Below are positions 15,201 to 27,200 of a stretch of DNA of 64,000 nucleotides, one piece after another. This DNA is from Harriotta raleighana (lineage: Eukaryota). Below the pieces are notes generated by a model, which worked only from the letters and a program-made list of their open reading frames with translations, was not told the origin of the DNA and made no database searches. The DNA lies in NCBI GenBank assembly GCA_050575255.1, contig JBNZDD010013726.1, forward strand, positions 2,044,481-2,108,480, in the 5' to 3' direction. The position numbers and the translations under genes are program-made. Every line of letters starts with the position of its first letter. The first letter of the stretch is position 1.

Positions 15201-18200
15201 AGGTCCATTCTTTGTGAGATGGGTGAGATATATACCCCTGGTTTGATTGTAGAGCTCAGGTTTCCAGAATCCTGTCTCTGCATCTGTTGAGCCATGAGAT
15301 AAGATTGTTTACTCCCTGGGATCCTGTGTAACCACATTCTAATCACATAATAAAGATAATTTATCTTTTACAATTCTTTTTATGTAAAATTAGTTTCCTC
15401 TGGCAGATATTCATAAATCTCCTTCATTCCCATGCTCTGCAGAGATGTGAATCTCCTAATCATTCTGCTGCAGATAACTGATTCGATCTAATTTTTATCT
15501 ATTTGTTTTCTTAATTTAAGTGCTAACTGGCATGAATAGTACATATAAAATGATACTTATATTGACTATGACAGCACAAGGATGTGAGTTGAGGGATTTA
15601 TTGCTCCTACTTAACTATTCTCACAGATGCTATCCTCAGTTATTTTACTGACGGAAAATACTAATGAAGGCAAGCAAAGTGCTGGAAATGCACAGCACCT
15701 CATCAGAGTCTGAAAGTTAGTTCTCATGAAGGGTCACACCTAAAATATTGGCACAGCTTTCTCTTTCAGATAATGATCAACCGTTTGTGTTCATTTCCAG
15801 CATTTTCTGTATTTGATCTCATCAATTGTACTTCTTTAAAAAGAAGAAAGGCTTCCTCTTTTTTCTGTTGTGTTTATCCCAGCAATGGCTGCCCAACAGG
15901 ACAATCCCAAGGTCGCTAAATTTAGCCAGAAATGTGCACTAAGTGTAGCTGCATTGCACCACAACCGACTTCCTGATAAGCCAGCTGACTTGTGTTACTG
16001 TTTAGTAATGGGAACAATAGTTCTAAGAGGTTCCACAGGGTAATAATGGGAAATGTACTGACTGATAAAGTATGCCAAAGGGCCTCTTAATGTGATTTAG
16101 AAGTGGCCTTTTGCTTCTGGGGCAAAGTAAAGTATAACAGTAAATGTATATTTCCAAATTAACTGGCACAAGTTAGTGCAGTAAAGAGATTTTTAAAGAG
16201 AGCTGTGGTTCACGAATATGCAAAGTGTAGGAGCAATTCATATTTCTAGAAAAATATAGTCTGCCATTAGGCAAGATAATTGGTGTAGTTTGGTATTAAG
16301 AGATAAGTGTGGTCGATATTATACTGCTTTTGTTATTGTGGAGTCTGCTCCTGGGAAATTTAGTGCTGTAATTGGCTTAGTGTCGTTCTTTTTCCTTAAT
16401 GGACCCCTGGGCTAAAGTAGCTCATCTGAAAAGTGTGTTTATTGATCACTTTTGTGCTTGGAGAAGCCATGAACACCACGGAGAGACTAATTGATGGCCA
16501 ACAGTAAAGTACAAGGAGGTAATTCAATTGAGCGGATCTGATAACATCATCAATCGTGAATCGTGTGCATTCCTGATTAATGCCTTAAAGAAATACCCCA
16601 GGAAAAACTTCCCCGAATAATACTCCATTTATGAGTTCAAACACATCTCACCGTTCATCTCTTCTGGAAATCCGTAACATTCCCACCTACCAAGTTAGGG
16701 TGTTTACTTTAGCAATACCTATCCAAACATGCCTATTGCCACCCTCTGACATCCTCTAATTTTGATGCAGTTCTTGGCATATAATTAACATGAAGCTAAT
16801 TGTAAAAACTACTCTGACCTTCGAGCCACAGATCTTAGGAAATTGCTCTGCAAACCCATGGCATCAAGATGTCAACAGGAACTATTAATAATTGCAATAA
16901 TTATTATTTTAGGTTTGTCCTGTATTTGTGTATCAGTTGCATCCATATTGCAATAGGACACATTTTTCTGTTGTGTCAATTCCAGCTTGTGACATCAATG
17001 AGGATTGCCACATAATCGAGCTCACCGCTCAGAGTGCCACTTGTTAAGCTGCCTGGAATGAGCACTGTGACTGCCACTGCAGTACGGTATGGTGGTGACG
17101 TTTCACCAGCAGGATGTAGCCTCAGTTAATTTGCCATTGAGTCCCTGGCAGAAGGTGGTAGTGTGTGGCTCAGGCTCAACAGGCTGTTTGACAGTCCGAG
17201 TGCACTGTCCACTGGAACGCTCTGAAAATCAGGCCAGGAAGGGACCACATTGGGAAAGGCCAGTTCTGATATTTGGCACAGTGGTGAAAAAACACATCAC
17301 AATTTAAAACACTGGTAAACATAACTTTGGGGTTTACGTGAGAAATGTTCAACCCTATGAATTTACCCTATGAATTTCATTTTGTATGCCTTCCTGCAGC
17401 ATTAGTTTAAACTCTGTAAGAGGTAGCTGAATGTGATTTTCCTTCCAATTTTCACTCCGCTGGGATGGGAGCAGATGGAGGAGGTGCTGTTAGCCTTTGA
17501 TCAGGGACTTTACATGTGGAGATTTGCCTTGTGTGTGCAATATCTCAACTCCAGCAGCATTCTTGGACTCACCTCAGTCACCTCTAATCTGTGATCCAGT
17601 GACATCTGTTCAGTAAATATATTCCTCTTCTAAATCTTACTTACATAACTAGTCGTTCCTCTGACTATGCATGCTCTCTACCACCACCACCACCACAACA
17701 ACAAAATTACATTTATATAGCGCCTTTCTCATCGGGAGGACANGTCGTTCCTCTGACTATGCATGCTCTCTACCACCACAACAACAAAATTACATTTATA
17801 TAGCGCCTTTCTCATCGGGAGGACATCCCAAAGTTACCAGCTAACTTTGCACAGATTGGGATTCAAACCTGCAGTCTTTTGTTCTACAAACTGCAACCTT
17901 AAGGCCTTCTGTTGTACACTGCAATGCTTTTCTCCACTAAAGTTTAAATAAACATTTTGTAATGCTGGTTTACATACAACTCACAGGTGCTATATCAAAT
18001 GCAAGGAATATTATTATTATTATTTTTGACTTGGATCCTAAACCTACCCAAGTAATAAGGAGGTAATTTACAAAGAGGTGGGAATATGTACAATTTTTTT
18101 ATTTTTTATTGAACTGAACGTTTACTGCCATTATAAATAAAGATACATGTTCTGTAGCTCAGTGGTTGGATCACTTGCCTTGCAAGCGAGAGACCTGGTT

Positions 18201-21200
18201 TCGATTCCAGATAGGGCAAAAGCTTGGGTTAGTTTCCTTACTCCAGATGCCCGATAATAAACCCTCAAAAAGAATTTATAGTCAATTCACTTTACAGTTT
18301 ATTCAGTGAAGCGTTTGTGACGTCTAGAAAACTTGAAAAGCACCATATCAAATCAAATGCAAGGATTATTATGACCCAAACAGTGGAAAAAGACTAAGTG
18401 ATTACCTTTAACTGCAAAAGGATTTGATACTGGTTTCAACTGCAGGCCTCCACAATTGTGTTTAAGTTCAGAGCATTTCTCAAAATACTTTCAATTAAAA
18501 TGAAAAATAGATTCCAATACAGTACCCTTCAGTTACTGAGAGGTAGTGATGCAAAAGTGTGAAGTCAGTTCACTTTCATCAATCAACTGTGTGGGTTTGA
18601 CTGGCACCATGCACTGCTTTCGCCACTCACTCCCACACAGCTAATGAACAGACAAGGGCAAAAATGAGCAAAAGGGAATTAGAAGCAGGTCTGTACAAGA
18701 TGGGGTTATTTTATGAAGTGCTTTGAAATGTTTTTTTAAAAATCTGGAATCATGCACCATTAGAATAGTCAAAAAATAGTCAAATACTAGAGAGAAACTC
18801 CCACTAACCTCCACCTCCTGCCAGTCAGCACACGAGACAAGGAGAAAGCATAGGAAAGAAAAATGAAAAGAAGACAATTAGCACATGAGGGGGAAATACA
18901 CAACACAAAAGCCCAAAGCTTTGCGAGACAATCCTTTTAACACAAACATGTGAACAGAATGAGAGCCAACCTCTTTAACAGAACCATGTGAGCGCAGAGC
19001 TGGTGACCATGGCAGACAATCCCTTTAAGAGACGTGTGACCATTGCCTGAGTCCATGGCAGACAATCTCTTTAATGGAGATTTGAGCAGACACTGAGGTT
19101 ATGGCAGACAATCCCATTAATGTAAATGCATAAGAAAAATTATCAAATCATATCACAATTATTAGCAAATGTTTCCCCATCGAGCTGCAACTGAACAGAT
19201 GTCACAAACCGATAATACACCACGCAAGTAGTACAAAGATATGACAGAAGGGGCAAGAACAGAGAAATGGAATGAGAATGGATAGCTGCAGTTGTGAACG
19301 AGTATAGGCAGAATGGCCCCTTACGCTGAAATGTTTGTCCTTCTGCATCAGACCCGACTCTGATGACTCGTTTCCCCTCCATCCCAATTTATAGTTAAAC
19401 ATTCCACTGTGTCCCTTTCCAGGACACAAGGTGTATGGACATTTATATGAGAAAAACTGCCACAGTCAGGAGAGGAAGTAAGGAAGGAAGAGAAGAGCAT
19501 AAAATATAATCAAATACAAGTAGCGAAATCACTTCACGTCGTGTTAAGAGGGGTTGGGAATTGGATCTCATAGTCAACCTGTGTACCTGGGGGAGGTAGG
19601 AATTGAAAGCAGGTGCTTCCACTGCAGGGAGATCATAGGGAGACTGTTTGAAATATTGACAGTATTGTGTCAAACGATCCTGTAGATGAAATGGTAACTA
19701 ACAGGAGGTACACACTGAAAATATCACAACTGCAGTGAGTTAGCAAGTTACTGAGGAACTGAAATAGCATCACCACCCATTCATTAAAGATATAAAATGT
19801 AATACAGATGCTGCATTTCCAAGCAATCTATATTCTGAAAACAGATTATAATCCTACAGTGTCAGTTACACGACGTCACCTCCACAAGATTCAATGCAAT
19901 CACCATCTCGTTGACATACTCAAGCACATCACGAGGGTCCTGCTCAAACTTAGCTTGTTCATTGCAAAGACTAACAACAGAAGGCAGGGAGTTTGAGATA
20001 GCAATTTTAATCTTTTGACTGAAACCAAGTGAACTTGATTTGGTACATCGTCGTTCCACCCCCCCCGCACCCCCACCCGCCACCCCAACCCCCCACCTTC
20101 CCGGACATGAAAGGAGCTATACAAATACATATAATTTTGTATAATTTTGTTGTTGTTGTGGGTTTTGTGAAGAACTGTAAGACTGAAGTGTCACAAAAAT
20201 GATTCACTATCAACCATTACATTTGTGGCATAGGGCACAGTTGAGTTGCAAAGTTTTGCTTGTATATTGACTCAACCATGAATATGCATTTATCCAGTTT
20301 GGTCTGCTCAGCAGGGCGCATGTTGACTCCCGTGTCTGCACTGCTTTCCCAGTTTAAATGATCAGACTAGGATTACACTTTACAACTGAGCCATGAAGGT
20401 GAAGCTTAAAAGATAGTTTATAAACAATGAGATTCAAGTCCAGTTTGATGAATCTTTTATATGTTAGGAATGAGTAAATGAATGAAAGGGTCCTTTTGAA
20501 ATGATGATTGTTCAAAGCTGCCTGCTTGTAACATCTCTCGGTCACACTGGACATTCAAAATTCAGATGTCATTCCTGTCCTAACACAAAAAAAATACTGT
20601 TTACTAAATTCCCTGAAATTAAAATACTGTATTTCCATAAAAATGATGTATGGACAATGCTTGTGCAAACATCACACTCCCAACAATTAAACCAGACTGT
20701 TGGAACTGCAACAACATTGCAGTCAGTACAAAGAGCTGGAAAACAAAGGTTCCTTTCAGGAAAGTCTGAGCAACGCCACCCTTTCCTGTAAGATTTCCTT
20801 CCATCATAGACAATCACAATGAGCTTTCCACTTAACCTGAAATGGGCTGTGTACCTTTGGAGCTAGTACAACATTCAGAAACAAAGCACTTTTACCAAAG
20901 TGACACAAATCTTGAATTACCATCAAAAGCAGGGGGTAAAAAATAATGCTCGTTTTTGTGATGAAGATGAATGAATTTACAAAACTTTCACAAAGAAAAC
21001 TTGGAAAAGGGCCCAATTTTCTCTATTTAAAATGGGTATATTTTCTGAACAGATTCCTTAATTGAATTAATATTAAAGGCCGCTCCAGAAATACATGATA
21101 TATGACGTAATACATGATGAAGGTGTCTATCATGTGACTCAGATTTCTTATTAAAGAGTGCTATTAAGAAATATTGCATTTTATGTAACGTTCAAGTATA

Positions 21201-24200
21201 AAGCTCAGGGAAACATATTACCGATCTTATAATCTTTCAATGCAGCTCTTTTACCATTGAGTAAAGAATGAGGAATTCAGAAACAGGAAATTCATCCTCA
21301 ATAGCTCAACAGTGTTGCCATGGTTACATCATCAGCTGCATTCATCTAACTGATTCTTCTTCTCATTTATTCCTTTCAATATTGAGCACTTTAATCTTTC
21401 TGATACCATTTTCATCACTTCTAGTTTGAACATTTGCATCTGAGCTTTATCTTCCCTATTTATTGATATTATTATTATTCAATCTAATTATCGGTAATTT
21501 GTGACAGCATTACCCCATTGTTTTGGCTTGCTATTGATCTTTTGATATATCCCAATATCTGGTTTGCTTTATTCACCGCCACAGAGCATTATTGGGAGAG
21601 CTTAAATTTATTATCCCGATGTGAAAGGCGCTCTCCAAATGTAATTTTGTTGTTGCTGTCAACTGGCACCCCCACTTACTTTTCATTTTCCATACATATC
21701 ATTTTCCTTCTGTTCAAATAATAGTCCGTTCCAGGATATTTTGGCCCCATATGAAGTATTTTACATTTCTCCACATTGAATTTCATCTGCCATCGATCTG
21801 CCCAGTTCCCAAGTATGTCTAAAACCTCCTGTAATCTTTCTTGTTCAGATTCATAATCTGCAACATTCATCAACTCGGTCATCTGCAAACTTAGTAATTG
21901 TGCTCGAGAGTCCTAGTTCTGGATAATTTATTAAAAAAATAAACCAAAAAGGTTCCGAAACAGATCTTTGTGGAACTCCACTGGTAACATTTTCCCAGTC
22001 TGATGACATTCCCTGTACCACCACTCTCTGGGTTCTTCTGGTCAACTATATATCCATTGTAATATACCTCCACTGATTCCTGCTTTTTTTTTTTTACTTT
22101 CAGTACCAACCTCTCAAGAGGAACTGTATCAAAGGCCTTACGGAAATCCAGATATACAACATCCAAAGCCTCCATTTTCATACCGTCAAAGATATTTGTA
22201 ATTATTTCTCAGAATAATCTTCCCATTACAAGAATTATTTCCTAATCTAGTGTGCATTACTGCTTATATCTTTGACCATTAGTAAACTTTTGCATTAATT
22301 TTAATATTAGCAGGTTCTGGCCTGCTCCACGTTCCCCGCCCCTCCCGCTCCACCATAGGTGGGTGAGCCTTCAGCCAATCTGCCCCCAACCTCTGAAACT
22401 CCATCCCGCAGTTTCTCTGCCTCGCCCCCTCCCTGACCTCCTCAAATCCCACCTCAAGACCCTCCTCTTTGACAGTGCCATTGGTCACCCCAAATTCCCC
22501 CTTTTCCTGCACCCTTCCTGTCCCCAGCTCGCATTTGAAAGAATGACTGTTCAGCGGCTTGGGATGCCCTCCTGATGTAAAAGGCGCTATACAAGTGTAA
22601 TTTTGTTGTTATTCTCCTTATGAAACACCCATTACTCCTTTCATAGAATCATAGAATGTTAAGGCACAGAAGGAGGCCATTCGGCCCATCGAGTCTGTGC
22701 CGGCTCTTTGACAGAGCAATGTCATTTTTATTAACCCCAATCACCAGCTTTCTCCCCATAAGCCTGCAAACCCGTCTTCCCCAGATACCTATCCAGTTAA
22801 TAATTAATTCCAGTAGAATCTCCACTTAGCCTATAAAAATGTTCCTTGTTATTCTGACAGCACTCTCACCGCCTTGACATAAGATTGAGAGCTCATAGCC
22901 TAGAAATCCACTCCAGCACAACAATGGGGGAATCATCTATCGTCAGACAGGCCACTTTTCTGGACAGTTCCTGTCTGTTTTTCAGGCATCAGTCAAGATC
23001 CCATGACAATATTCAAAAAGAAGTCAGATTCTCCGTAGCAACAATCCTCTAATTTCACCTCATGGCTGTTTTAAGACCTTGTAGGAACAAATAGCTGCCG
23101 TGCTTCCCTATAAAAATAGAGCATTTGACAGTGATTTCCTTTGAAGTGTTTTGAGCTATCTGGCATGATAAGACTCTATTGAAATGCTAATTCTTTCTTC
23201 TTATTACATTTTTAATTAAATTCACTCAATATTCTTCACATAAAAATGTACAGTCATTTGGTTTTCTCAAAGATATTTTCCAAATTTGACCCTTCCTGTG
23301 CTTGTGTTAATTAGTATTTTTTATTACCTCTTCCAAAAATCTTCACTGGTACTCTTTTAGGTACAATTCAGGAACACAGTTCCACCATTATATCTTCCAA
23401 AAATCTACCAGCAAGTTATTTGATACTTTCATATTATTCTCCATCAGCACTATCTTCTCTATTTCTATTGATATTTTCTCATCTTATCTCCACATTATTT
23501 TTCAAAACATCCCCCATCTATTCCTGCCAAGATTCATCTCACTTCTCTAGCAGTCAATACTCTTTTATTACTATTGCTAATACCTTTTCTCCTTCACTGA
23601 AGCAATATTTTTTATAATAGCCTTCCAAAGCGCAAGATCAAAGAGCTTTTTATTTTGGTACCACAAAAAAAATGGGTGGGGAAGGGGGGTGGAAGGTTAG
23701 CTTGTAACCAGTGTTAAGTTTATCTTAGGCCCAAATATGAAAGGACATGTTTGGCATTGCACATTGAACTTATTTATCAGTGGCTGGGATATTAACTCAG
23801 TTGCAATGTTTTTTTCTCCACTTAAAGACTGCTTGCATCCAATTTGGGACTCTTGAAAATTCAACAAGGGAATCTGCAATGACACCTCATTTAAGAATCA
23901 TACATTTAACAGTGCTTTAACACGATTTTGTTTTCCTTGGGGAAACATTTGAGCCAAGCGTCTTGCAATAAAATTAGTGTGACATAATAATGCTTGTGTT
24001 CTCTGTGACTGCTGCTGTGATTTTTGTGAGTTTGATTACATTTCCCAATTGGAAGATCTGTGAGTGCGTGCATCTGCCTGGTAGAGCTACAAGGCAGCTG
24101 AACTACGAAAGAGATGCTGTTGTGCTTTGCAAGTGTACTGCACACCAATAGACTCGAGAGGAAACTAGAATGAAGAAGGAAATGACTTGTCATTCATGGC

Positions 24201-27200
24201 CTCAACAGCAGAGGCCAGGCATCTTCCCCCAAAGGCAGTGAGAGAAAATCAGTAGCTGATGAAATCCAAGCCATATCCAATGCACTCTCAGCAATCAGAT
24301 GGAGAGATGTACAGGCAATTATTGAGAATTGTGGCTTTCTAGTTCTCTCAGGCGTTGGTTAGGAGAAACCAGAAAGGTTGAGAAAACATAAAATCAGAAT
24401 AGAACAAGGCTGTGAGTACCTGCAATCAAGTAATATATTTTTTAGAGGTTTTACTGTTGAAACCACTAAATAAGGGCTGAACCAAACCAGTCAAGCCAGG
24501 GTTCAAACTAAACTCCCACTGTTCAGATCCTCTTTGCCATTTTCTCCAGGTTGCGTATTTCCAGCTTCCAGGTTGTTGCTATGCAGATGGGATTTTTCCA
24601 GCTCACAAGAGATGACCTTGCAAGGTGAGGAAATTCCATTTGGGGGCACATGGCAATGACTACAGACTGCCCGTCACACATCACATCTCTTAAGAGGAAG
24701 CAAAAAACACCAGAAGCAGAAAAGTATTCATTCTACTTATACATTTGTGAATACTATACTTATTCTATCCAAAGCTATTAAATCCAAAGTATATGGGATG
24801 AAAATATGATTCAACCAGTTACAAGGAAACAACCCAAGTATATCATATCACAACATTAATAACAATAAGAATAAATACAATAAATGTCAGCTGCACCATT
24901 TTAATTATCAGTTTTTAATGGAATTCTTTTGAGGTTAAGCATCACAGGCATCTAACTGGGGTGTGGCGGCATGACATGAGGTGCAGTGTGGGAGCATGAA
25001 TGGGAATGTGCTTCAAATAGCACTTCCGAAATGAAGAAAATTAATCTTAAATTAAAACACCAGCAATTGTTTTGTGTTCAAAACAGTAATCCGAGTTCCC
25101 CTCCGGGTTGAGAAGTGCAATGACGCATAGCCTTTCTCATGAAGGTGCTGATGGTCACAACAAGACTTACCCCATTAACACTGAAATACTTATGAAATCG
25201 GAAACAATGAAACATTGAACTATTAGTAGATTAAACAGCACTGTTTTAGTCATATATTTAGTCAATCTGTACCGTTTATTTTGCACAGAAATGTTTTAAA
25301 TTAATAATTGCACTGGAAAGGATGTTTAGGGAATAATCAGAAACACGGGACAGTGATAGGCAAGATCAAGGTTTGTTATCTCACAATCCATATCTTTTCC
25401 ACAGAAAAAAGAATTTGGTTTCAAGTTAGCAGACATTTTAAACAACTACAATACTTTATATTTTCCATTCCTCATTTCTTTCTAGAAATCATGGTGGGAA
25501 AGTGTGTGTATGTGTGGTGCCTGGGTGTGTGTGTGAATAATATTGAGCGAGACCTGGCTTTGGCTGTGATGCTCTCCACAGTTGAATAACCTGCCAAACA
25601 CTGGCTGACTTGCCTCACAAGTAAAGAATAGCCACTTGGGTAGGAACTGGAGGGATGCCAGCATTGACAGAAACATGATTCACTAACTTCAAGGGTTGGA
25701 GTTGGGGGACATTTCTGTGTTTCCTTTCTATCAGACGTTGTACCTAACAGGCCTGGCTTAGAACTGACCAATCAATCATCTGAGTCAGGAAAATAGAAAT
25801 ACATATCTCAGCACTTATTCCTTTGTACACATTCGAAATCCTGTCACAGGACTTTCTGTGCTCTTATTACTTCTTCTGAAACCCTCCCTGTACATATCCA
25901 TTGCTATCCTTTTCACACTACTGTACACACACACACCACACAATGTACTCCGCCATAGACATGGCATCAGAAAATTGCTCTTTGTATGTCAAAGTGTCCT
26001 GAAGAGATCAGGTTGAAACTGCATCTCTTCAGCACATTTTGTCATATAAAGAGCATTTTTCTGATGTTATGTCGATGACCGGAAGCCAGCAATGTACAGT
26101 ATTCACAAACTATCCAGCTTAGCCTTATTCCCAGACACTCATCTAACACTCTACTCATTTTAACATTGTTCTTACATATTTCCAATCCAACACTCCCCAT
26201 TTCATCACCTCAATCTCTCTGTGTGTACTCCTGTAGCTGGGTTTCTCTGAGACCAGGAGAGACCATCGCTCTTTGACTGTGCTTTTGGTCATCTTTCCCC
26301 ACTACACCACCTCAGGTTCCACCACTTCAGGTCACACCCCCAGCTTGGGTGCCAAGCCAGGACTGTTAAGTGCATTGGGATGTCTGCCCGAAGTGAAAGT
26401 CGCCATAAAATTGATTTTTTAAAATTGTATTGGAAGCACAGGAATATTTCCTAACTCTATCACTTTTCATTGTATCGAGTTATTTTTTTCAGATGCCGCA
26501 CAATCACATGACATTCAAAGTCCCCAGGCTTGATAATGAGAAAAGATGTTGGTGTCAAAACATTCACTGTGATGTGAAAAACTTTGTAAATTAATTGCTC
26601 ACTGACACAGATAATGCTCGAACCAGATCTCTTCAGAACACTTTGTGATGCAAAGAGCAATTTTCTAATGGCATGTCTGTAAGTGGTAGCCAGCAGTGTC
26701 CAGTATTCACAAACTATCCTGCTCAGCCGTATTTCCAGGTTCCTTAAGGGATAGAGTAACACAATACTCTGTGATATGCAGCAATACCGTATGCCCGATT
26801 GCTTTGCAACACTGCTGACAGTGTTTTATTCCCAGGAAAATATCTCTAGAAAATAAATTAGTAATGTTCAGATACAAACTGAACAGATGAGATTTTAATT
26901 TCTATGTACCTCGCTTGATTGGCATATTACCCAACCCTCACTGCCCACTTTTCAATCCTAAATCTAGAATGAACATATACCGTAGGAAGCCATAGCAAAT
27001 GTTATCAGTTTAGTGCAATCACAAAGGATGCCACTGGCTTCACCCATTCAGCTACACTGCCTGCAATGCCCAATCTTGTACTATCTTGCACTGTCAGGAT
27101 GAGCTGATGAGTCATGCCACTGTGACAGGATGGAAGGATGAAGCTACCAGGCAGGGGAGAAGGGAGCGCCTGTGTACTTATCATAACTGCTTGTCAAATA

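Noticed and set aside
14560-15560. Possible very old L1/Tx1-like ORF2 remnant on the minus strand
   Set aside because: Only a vague compositional resemblance; I could not identify a diagnostic motif without a profile search.
18150-18225. tRNA gene candidates (also at 36444, 9310-9383, 29500-29570)
   Set aside because: A and B boxes are present, but there is no intact acceptor stem and each runs into a shared SINE body and tail.
18923-19120. CRISPR-like repeat-spacer appearance
   Set aside because: Vertebrate intron with no cas genes; the cores are imperfect and the spacers weakly resemble each other. Treated as a minisatellite.
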